Below are positions 1 to 8,987 of a DNA stretch of 64,000 nt, piece after piece (the first letter of the stretch is position 1; the number at the start of each line of letters is the position of its first letter). A program made the position numbers and the translations under genes. The notes below the pieces were generated by a model that had not been told where the DNA came from, searched no databases, and saw only the letters and a program-made list of their open reading frames with translations. The stretch is from Auanema rhodensis. Its lineage: Eukaryota > Animalia > Nematoda. The DNA lies in assembly GCA_964057225.1 (NCBI GenBank), contig OZ059897.1, forward strand, positions 2,604,001 through 2,668,000, read 5' to 3'.

Positions 1-3000
1 CACTAATGCATTATTTTTCAAACGATCATAACTAATTTTTGTATAGAGCGTTTCTCAATGTAGTATAGTGCATTCGATGCGGATTTTTAAGCTGCGTTGA
101 TCTGTGTTATCAGATTTGAGTTAACTTAAAAATGCACCGAGATATCAACTGATATAGGTTCACACTTGTATCCTCGATTTTCACCCTGAAGAAATGATTT
201 TTTCGTTGAAAAACATTGTCCATCGTATTCGTCTTGAAAAAAGGAATCTAAAAACATCTACTTTTTGTGAAATTATTTAGAAATTTTTCGGGAAAATTTT
301 TGTCAAAATGTTTTTGGAAGCAATGTTGAGTGTACATGGGAACTCAACATACACTAATGCATTATTTTTCAAACGATCATAACTAATTTTTGTATAGAGC
401 GTTTCTCAATGTAGTATAGTGCATTCGATGCGGATTTTTAAGCTGCGTTGATCTGTGTTATCAGATTTGAGTTAACTTAAAAATGCACCGAGATATCAAC
501 TGATATATGTTCACACTTATATCCTTGATTTTCACCCTGAAGAAATGATTTTTTCGTTGAAAAACATTGTCCATCGTATTCGTCTTGAAAAAAGAAATCT
601 GAAAACATCTACTTTTTGTGAAATTATTTAGAAATTTTTCGGGAAAATTTTTGTCAAAATGTTTTTGGAAGCAATGTTGAGTGTACATGGGAACTCAACA
701 TACACTAATGCATTATTTTTCAAACGATCATAACTAATTTTTGTATAGAGCGTTTCTCATTGTAGTATAGTGCATTCGATGCGGAATTTCAAGCTGCGTT
801 GATCTGTGTTATCAGATTTGAGTTAACTTAAAAATGCACCGAGATATCAACTGATATAAGTTCACACTTGTATCCTCGATTTCCACCCTGAAGAAATGAT
901 TTTTTCGATGAAAAACATTGTCCATCGTATTTGTCTTGAAAAAAGGAATCTAAAAACATCTACTTTTTGTGAAATTATTTAGAAATTTTTCGGGAAAATT
1001 TTTGTCAAAATGTTTTTGGAAGCAATGTTGAGTGTACATGGGAACTCAACATACACTAATGCATTATTTTTCAAACGATCATAACTAATTTTTGTATGGA
1101 GCGTTTTTCAATGTAGTATAGTGCATTCGATGCGGATTTTTAAGCTGCGTTGATCTGTGTTATCAGATTTGAGTTAGCTTAAAAATGCACCGAGATATCA
1201 ACTGATATATGTTCACACTTATAGCCTCGATTTTCACCCTGAAGAAATGATTTTTTCGTTGAATAACATTGTCCATCGTCTTCGTCTTGAAAAAAGGAAT
1301 CTAAAAACATCTACTTTTTGTGAAATTATTTAGAAATTTTTCGGGAAAATTTTTGTCACAATGTTTTTGGAAGCAATGTTGAGTGTACATGGGAACTCAA
1401 CATACACTAATGCATTATTTTTCAAACGATCATAACTAATTTTTGTATAGAGCGTTTCTTAATGTAGTATAGTGCATTCGATGCGGATTTTTAAGCTGCG
1501 TTGATCTGTGTTATCAGATTTGAGTTAGCTTAAAAATGCACCGAGATATCAACTGATATAGGTTCACACTTATATCCTCGATTTTCACCCTGAAGAAATG
1601 ATTTTTTCGTTGAATAACATTGTCCATCGTCTTCGTCTTGAAAAAAGGAATCTAAAAACATCTACTTTTTGTGAAATTATTTAGAAATTTTTCGGGAAAA
1701 TTTTTGTCAAAATGTTTTTGGAAGCAATGTTGAGTGTACATGGGAACTCAACATACACTAATGCATTATTTTTCAAACGATCATAACTAATTTTTGTATA
1801 GAGCGTTTCTCAATGTAGTATAGTGCATTCGATGCGGATTTTTAAGCTGCGTTGATCTGTGTTATCAGATTTGAGTTAACTTAAAAATGCACCGAGATAT
1901 CAACTGATATATGTTCACACTTATATCCTCGATTTTCACCCTGAAGAAATGATTTTTTCGTTGAAAAACATTGTCCATCGTATTCGTCTTGAAAAAAGAA
2001 ATCTAAAAACATCTACTTTTTGTGAAATTATTTAGAAATTTTTCGGGAAAATTTTTGTCAAAATGTTTTTGGGAGCAATGTTGAGTGTACATGGGAACTC
2101 AACATACACTAATGCATTATTTTTCAAACGATCATAACTAATTTTTGTATAGAGCGTTTCTCATAGTAGTATAGTGCATTCGATGCGGATTTTCAAGCTG
2201 CGTTGATCTGTGTTATCAGATTTGAGTTAACTTAAAAATGCACCGAGATATCAACTGATATAGGTTCACACTTGTATCCTCGATTTTCACCCTGAAGAAA
2301 TGATTTTTTCGTTGAAAAACATTGTCCATCGTATTCGTCTTGAAAAAAGAAATCTAAAAACATCTACTTTTTGTGAAATTATTTAGAAATTTTTCGGGAA
2401 AATTTTTGTCAAAATGTTTTTGGAAGCAATGTTGAGTGTACATGGGAACTCAACATACACTAATGCATTATTTTTCAAACGATCATAACTAATTTTTGTA
2501 TAGAGCGTTTCTCAATGTAGTATAGTGCATTCGATGCGGATTTTTAAGTTGCGTTGATCTGTGTTATCAGATTTGAGTTAACTTAAAAATGCACCGAGAT
2601 ATCAACTGATATAGGTTCACACTTATATCCTCGATTTTCACCCTGAAGAAATGATTTTTTCGTTGAATAACATTGTCCATCGTCTTCGTCTTAAAAAAAG
2701 GAATCTAAAAACATCTACTTTTTGTGAAATTATTTAGAAATTTTTCGGGAAAATTTTTGTCAAAATGTTTTTGGAAGCAATGTTGAGTGTACATGGGAAC
2801 TCAACATACACTAATGCATTATTTTTCAAACGATCATAACTAATTTTTGTATAGAGCGTTTCTCAATGTAGTATAGTGCATTCGATGCGGATTTCTAAGC
2901 TGCGTTGATCTGTGTTATCAGATTTGAGTTAGCTTAAAAATGCACCGAGATATCAACTGATATATGTTCACACTTATATCCTCGATTTTCACCCTGAAGA

Positions 3001-6000
3001 AATGATTTTTTCGTTGAATAACATTGTCCATCATCTTCGTCTTGAAAAAAGGAATCTAAAAACATCTACTTTTTGTGAAATTATTTAGAAATTTTTCGGG
3101 AAAATTTTTGTCAAAATGTTTTTGGAAGCAATGTTGAGTGTACATGGGAACTCAACATACACTAATGCATTATTTTTCAAACGATCATAACTAATTTTTG
3201 TATGGAGCGTTTCTCAATGTAGTATAGTGCATTCGATGCGGATTTTTAAGCTGCGTTGATCTGTGTTATCAGATTTGAGTTAACTTAAAAATGCACCGAG
3301 ATATCAACTGATATAGGTTCACACTTATATCCTCGATTTTCACCCTGAAGAAATGATTTTTTCGTTGAATAACATTGTCCATCGTCTTCGTCTTGAAAAA
3401 AGGAATCTAAAAACATCTACTTTTTGTGAAATTATTTAGAAATTTTTCGGGAAAATTTTTGTCAAAATGTTTTTGGAAGCAATGTTGAGTGTACATGGGA
3501 ACTCAACATACACTAATGCATTATTTTTCAAACGATCATAACTAATTTTTGTATAGAGCGTTTCTCAATGTAGTATAGTGCATTCGATGCGGATTTCTAA
3601 GCTGCGTTGATCTGTGTTATCAGATTTGAGTTAGCTTAAAAATGCACCGAGATATCAACTGATATATGTTCACACTTATATCCTCGATTTTCACCCTGAA
3701 GAAATGATTTTTTCGTTGAATAACATTGTCCATCATCTTCGTCTTGAAAAAAGGAATCTAAAAACATCTACTTTTTGTGAAATTATTCAGAAATTTTTCG
3801 GGAAAATTTTTGTCAAAATGTTTTTGGAAGCAATGTTGAGTGTACATGGGAACTCAACATACACTAATGCATTATTTTTCAAACGATCATAACTAATTTT
3901 TGTATAGAGCGTTTCTCAATGTAGTATAGTGCATTCGATGCGGATTTCTAAGCTGCGTTGATCTGTGTTATCAGATTTGAGTTAGCTTAAAAATGCACCG
4001 AGATATCAACTGATATATGTTCACACTTATATCCTCGATTTTCACCCTGAAGAAATGATTTTTTCGTTGAATAACATTGTCCATCATTTTCGTCTTGAAA
4101 AAAGGAATCTAAAAACATCTACTTTTTGTGAAATTATTTAGAAATTTTTCGGGAAAATTTTTGTCAAAATGTTTTTGGAAGCAATGTTGAGTGTACATGG
4201 GAACTCAACATACACTAATGCATTATTTTTCAAAAGATCATAACTAATTTTTGTATAGAGCGTTTCTCAATGTAGTATAGTGCATTCGATGCGGATTTTT
4301 AAGCTGCGTTGATCTGTGTTATCAGATTTGAGTTAACTTAAAAATGCACCGAGATATCAACTGATATATGTTCACACTTATATCCTCGATTTTCACCCTG
4401 AAGAAATGATTTTTTCGTTGAAAAACATTGTCCATCGTATTCGTCTTGAGAAAAGAAATCTAAAAACAACTTCTTTTATGTGAAATTATTCAGAAATTTT
4501 TCGGGAAAATTTTTGTCAAAATGTTTTTGGAAGCAATGTTGAGTGTACATGGGAACTCAACATACACTAATGCATTATTTTTCAAACGATCATAACTAAT
4601 TTTTGTATAGAGCGTTTCTCATTGTAGTATAGTGCATTCGATGCGGATTTTCAAGCTGCGTTGATCTGTGTTATCAGATTTGAGTTAACTTAAAAATGCA
4701 CCGAGATATCAACTGATATAGGTTCACACTTGTATCCTCGATTTTCACCCTGAAGAAATGATTTTTTCGTTGAAAAACATTGTCCATCGTATTCGTCTTG
4801 AAAAAAGGAATCTAAAAACATCTACTTTTTGTGAAATTATTTAGAAATTTTTCGGGAAAATTTTTGTCAAAATGTTTTTGGAAGCAATGTTGAGTGTACA
4901 TGGGAACTCAACATACACTAATGCATTATTTTTCAAACGATCATAACTAATTTTTGTATAGAGCGTTTCTCAATGTAGTATAGTGCATTCGATGCGGATT
5001 TTTAAGCTGCGTTGATCTGTGTTATCAGATTTGAGTTAACTTAAAAATGCACCGAGATATCAACTGATATAGGTTCACACTTATATCCTCGATTTTCACC
5101 CTGAAGAAATGATTTTTTCGTTGAAAAACATTGTCCATCGTATTCGTCTTGAAAAAAGAAATCTAAAAACATCTACCTTTTGTGAAATTATTTAGAAATT
5201 TTTCGGGAAAATTTTTGTCAAAATGTTTTTGGAAGCAATGTTGAGTGTACATGGGAACTCAACATACACTAATGCATTATTTTTCAAACGATCATAACTA
5301 ATTTTTGTATAGAGCGTTTCTCATTGTAGTATAGTGCATTCGATGCGGATTTGTAAGCTGCGTTGATCTGTGTTATCAGATTTGAGTTAACTTAAAAATG
5401 CACCGAGATATCAACTGATATAGGTTCACACATATATCCTCGATTTTCACCCTGAAGAAATGATTTTTTCGTTGAAAAACATTGTCCATCGTCTTCGTCT
5501 TGAAAAAAGGAATCTAAAAACATCTACTTTTTGTGAAATTATTTAGAAATTTTTCGGGAAAATTTTTGTCACAATGTTTTTGGAAGCAATGTTGAGTGTA
5601 CATGGGAACTCAACATACACTAATGCATTATTTTTCAAACGATCATAACTAATTTTTGTATAGAGCGTTTCTTAATGTAGTATAGTGCATTCGATGCGGA
5701 TTTTTAAGCTGCGTTGATCTGTGTTATCAGATTTGCGCTAGCTTAAAAATGCACCGAGTAATCAACTGATATAGGTTCACACTTATATCCTCGATTTTCA
5801 CCCTGAAGAATTAATTTTTTCGTTGAATAACATTGTCCATCGTCTTTGCCTTGAAAAAAGAAATCTAAAAACTCCTACTTTTTGTGAAATTATTTAGAAA
5901 TTTTTCGGGAAAATTTTTGTCACAATGTTTTTGGAAGCAATGTTGAGTGTACATGGGAACTCAGCATACACTAATGCATTATTTTTCAAACGATCATAAC

Positions 6001-6660
6001 TAATTTTTGTATAGAGCGTTTCTCAATGTAGTATAGTGCATTCGATGCGGATTTTTAAGCTGCGTTGATCTGTGTGATCAGATTTGCGCTAGCTTAAAAA
6101 TGCACCGAGTAATCAACTGATATAGGTTCACACTTATATCCTCGATTTTCACCCTGAAGAATTAATTTTTTCGTTGAATAACATTGTCCACCGTCTTTGC
6201 CTTGAAAAAAGAAATCTAAAAACTCCTACTTTTTGTGAAATTATTTAGAAATTTTTCCTTGAAAATTTTTGTCACAATGTTTTTGGAAGCAATGTTGAGT
6301 GTACATGGGAACTCAACATACACTAATGCATTATTTTTCAAACGATCATAACTAATTTTTGTATAGAGCGTTTTTTAATGTAGTATAGTGCATTCGATGC
6401 GGATTTTTAAGCTGCGTTGATCTGTGTTATCAGATTTGAGTTAGCTTAAAAATGCACCGAGATATCAACTGATATATGTTCACACTTATATCCTCGATTT
6501 TCACCCTGAAGAAATGATTTTTTCGTTGAAAAACATTGTCCATCGTCTTCGTCTTGAAAAAAGGAATCTAAAAACATCTACTTTTTGTGAAATTATTTAG
6601 AAATTTTTCGGGAAAATTTTTGTCAAAATGTTTTTGGAAGCAATGTTGAGTGTACATGAG
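1..6660. repeat. 351-bp tandem satellite array, left of the retrotransposon (about 19 monomers)
   Basis: The motif CACTAATGCATTA recurs at 1, 352, 703 ... 2107, 2458, 2809, 3160, 3511, 3862 and 4213, a period of 351. Monomers are head-to-tail and differ only by scattered substitutions and rare 1-bp indels. Confidence 0.99.
6656..6660. other. Target-site duplication, left copy (ATGAG)
   Basis: ATGAG immediately precedes the LTR start TGT at 6661 and recurs at 12474-12478. Removing the element plus one copy restores an intact monomer (GTGTACATGAGAACTCAACAT). Confidence 0.97.
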
Positions 6661-6891
6661 TGTCTTGAATAAACAAAGAACACAAAATATATTATAACTA
6701 TTTATTATAAATAATTGGTAACGACCGATTATTATAAGTGTTAACTCGAAGAATAAAAAATGTTAATAATAAAAACAATGAAAAATGACTCTCACGTGAA
6801 CTTTCACGTGTTTTATAATAATGATTCAAAAATGGTAAAGATTATTCATGTTCTTCATTAATTATCTTCAATTTCTGATTAGATCAGAACA
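6661..6891 (-). repeat. 3' LTR (231 bp)
   Basis: Matches 12243-12473 with no difference seen by eye. The minus strand reads TGTTCTGA...TCAAGACA and directly follows the PPT. Confidence 0.98.
6701..6706 (-). terminator. Putative polyadenylation signal in the 3' LTR
   Basis: Minus-strand AATAAA followed about 13 nt later by the GT-rich tract TTTTGTGTTCTTTGTTT near the LTR end. The AT-rich context weakens specificity. Confidence 0.6.
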
Positions 6892-6901
6892 TTCCCGCCT
6901 C
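6892..6901 (-). other. Polypurine tract
   Basis: Minus-strand GAGGCGGGAA directly abuts the TGT of the 3' LTR. Confidence 0.85.
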
Positions 6902-7010
6902 AAAGAAGACGTATTTGATTCTTTAATTTGATTTTCATTATTATTTTGTTTCTTTTTATCTTTTTCACGTTTTTGTTACGTGATGGCTCCCAACGACCAA
7001 AACATTAATT

Positions 7011-8900
7011 TCATAAATATTCTTTATAGTTTATTCTAGCTATTGGTCTCAAGCGATGGTTCCATTGTTCGGTACCTCTTGGAATTATTGTATTTGATAT
7101 ACAATCTTGTTGTTTTTGGTGAATTTCTGATTTTGGTTCTGATTCTTCATCTTTGGTTTCATCTTCCGTTTCCTTATGATTTTCATCGTATTGTTGGTTA
7201 ATTTCAAGAGGAATTAATTGATTTATACTTTTTCTTAATAAGTTTCCTTCAGAATTTTTTATAATGGCAGTTCTTATCTGTTTATCTGGAGATATGATCA
7301 ATTCTTTTATAAGAACCATAGGCCATTTATTTCTTTTGGTGCCAATTTTTTCGCACAATACTATATCTCCTACTTTCGGAATGTTTTTTGAATAGTTTTT
7401 CATATTTCTATACTTAATATTATTAGCTCTTAATTTTTCAAGATAATGACCTGTCCATTCAAGCCAAAATTTTTCTACTTTTTTATTGCAAATTTCCATC
7501 CATTCTTTAATTTCTCTTTTATTCTCCAAATTAGTTTTATTTTCATTTCCCATATAACATGGTAATATATTACTAGGATGATAAATTTCTAAGCTCATTG
7601 GAGTTATAATTTTATCAAAATCTGTTTCAATATTAGTGAGAGGTCGGTTATTTATTACAGTTTCTATCTCAGCTAAAATTGTTTCAAGTTCTCTCAGTTC
7701 TATTATTCTTACATCTAAGTTTTTCATTAGATATTTTTTAGTGATTCCGATCATTTTTTCATAAAAACCTCCTTTCCAGGGAGAATGTGGAGTTATGAAC
7801 TTCCATTGAATAAAGTTCTTGCTCGAAAATTCTTTCAAAATTTTTTCTCCTTTAATAAATTGTGAGCCGTTATCACTATATATTATTTTCGGTATTCTTT
7901 TTCTTGCAAAAAATTTTCTTAGTACCAAAATGAATTCTTTGGATGTACAATCATGAACTAAATCAATATATATAGCTCTTGTGCATAGACATGTTATAAG
8001 CATAATCCACACTTTTTTAGTTTCATTTTCTTTTTTGACGTATAATGGTCCAGCAAAATCAACACCAATATTTTCATATGGTTTGAATTTATTAATTCTA
8101 TGTATAGGTAACTGTGGAAAATCTGGATATTTATACGGTCTGTTATTTAATTTTTTACATTTTAAACATCTTGAATTGATTGTGTTTACTATATTCTTCA
8201 ATTTTATTATAAAAAAATTCTTTCTTATCATTGATATGAACGTGTTTCTTGCAGGATGTAACATGATACCATGCATATAGTTCAAAAATAAATTAGAATA
8301 ATTTGTTTTTCCAAATAATAGTATCGGATATTCATCAATACTCTTATTATCATTACCCATTCTGCCTCTTACTCTTAGAATATTATATTCATCCTTTATG
8401 ATATCCAGACTTTTATATTTTTTCTTTTCTAGGCTATTTATATTCTGTTCTTGATGCATTTTTATTATCAATTTCTCGATTAATTTATTTTTTATGCCTT
8501 CAGATTTTGCATCTCTGAGTTCTTCCATGATTTTATTCGAATTCATCCATTTTTCTTTTCTTAGTTTGCATGCAAACATAACTATTACTTTAATAATAGA
8601 CATATATTCGGAAAAGGAAGAATATTTTCCTGCTAAACTTTCAAAATTTTCATATAAATTGTTTCGTTTTGTATTTATCAATAGATTTATGATTTTACTT
8701 TTACTAATTTCTGGATTAATAATGTTTTGCTGTGTTATAACATTGGCTTTAAATAAATTTTCCTCTTTCATCCAATAAGGACCATTTTTCCACATTTCAA
8801 ATTTAGCTTCATCTATATCTGCTCCTCTTGTAGGAATATCTGCAGGGTTTGCTTCAGATTTAACATAAAAATATTCTATTACTTTATCTTTTTCTTTCAT
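7011..8900 (-). CDS. pol: pol, 3' part: end of RNase H, linker, integrase (HHCC zinc domain, DDE core, DUF5641-like C-terminal domain, 62-aa tail). In frame with the upstream pol ORF across one TAA.
   Basis: Motifs NPADIPTRG and WKNGPYW; H..H..CLKC; GVDFAGP, YSDNGSQF and WKGGFYEKMIG; FWLEWTGHYLEKLR, PKVGDIVL and RNKWP ... LIPLEI. The ATG at 8900 is probably internal, not a true start. Confidence 0.93.
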   Translation of the reverse strand: MKEKDKVIEYFYVKSEANPADIPTRGADIDEAKFEMWKNGPYWMKEENLFKANVITQQNIINPEISKSKIINLLINTKRNNLYENFESLAGKYSSFSEYMSIIKVIVMFACKLRKEKWMNSNKIMEELRDAKSEGIKNKLIEKLIIKMHQEQNINSLEKKKYKSLDIIKDEYNILRVRGRMGNDNKSIDEYPILLFGKTNYSNLFLNYMHGIMLHPARNTFISMIRKNFFIIKLKNIVNTINSRCLKCKKLNNRPYKYPDFPQLPIHRINKFKPYENIGVDFAGPLYVKKENETKKVWIMLITCLCTRAIYIDLVHDCTSKEFILVLRKFFARKRIPKIIYSDNGSQFIKGEKILKEFSSKNFIQWKFITPHSPWKGGFYEKMIGITKKYLMKNLDVRIIELRELETILAEIETVINNRPLTNIETDFDKIITPMSLEIYHPSNILPCYMGNENKTNLENKREIKEWMEICNKKVEKFWLEWTGHYLEKLRANNIKYRNMKNYSKNIPKVGDIVLCEKIGTKRNKWPMVLIKELIISPDKQIRTAIIKNSEGNLLRKSINQLIPLEINQQYDENHKETEDETKDEESEPKSEIHQKQQDCISNTIIPRGTEQWNHRLRPIARINYKEYL

Positions 8901-8987
8901 TTCTTGACTGATTTCGTTTATTTTTTCTATTCTATTTCGAATATATAATTTTTTCTGAGGATTCTTTGATATCCAATGAAGTACGAC

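Noticed and set aside
1-351. Monomer as a dimer of about 175 bp or trimer of 117 bp, or as a 5S, tRNA or SL RNA gene repeat
   Set aside because: By eye I found no convincing internal sub-repeat and no recognisable RNA gene motif. A dot-plot and Rfam scan would be needed to exclude weak similarity.
6661-6669. Short matches between LTR and satellite (GTCTTGAA, GAGTTAAC, ATCAGA) suggesting the satellite derives from the LTR or homology-guided insertion
   Set aside because: They are 6-9 bp, non-collinear and expected by chance in AT-rich DNA. The clean TSD indicates ordinary integrase-mediated insertion.
6892-7010. Possible env gene, as found in some nematode and insect BEL elements
   Set aside because: Only 119 bp separate the integrase stop from the 3' LTR.
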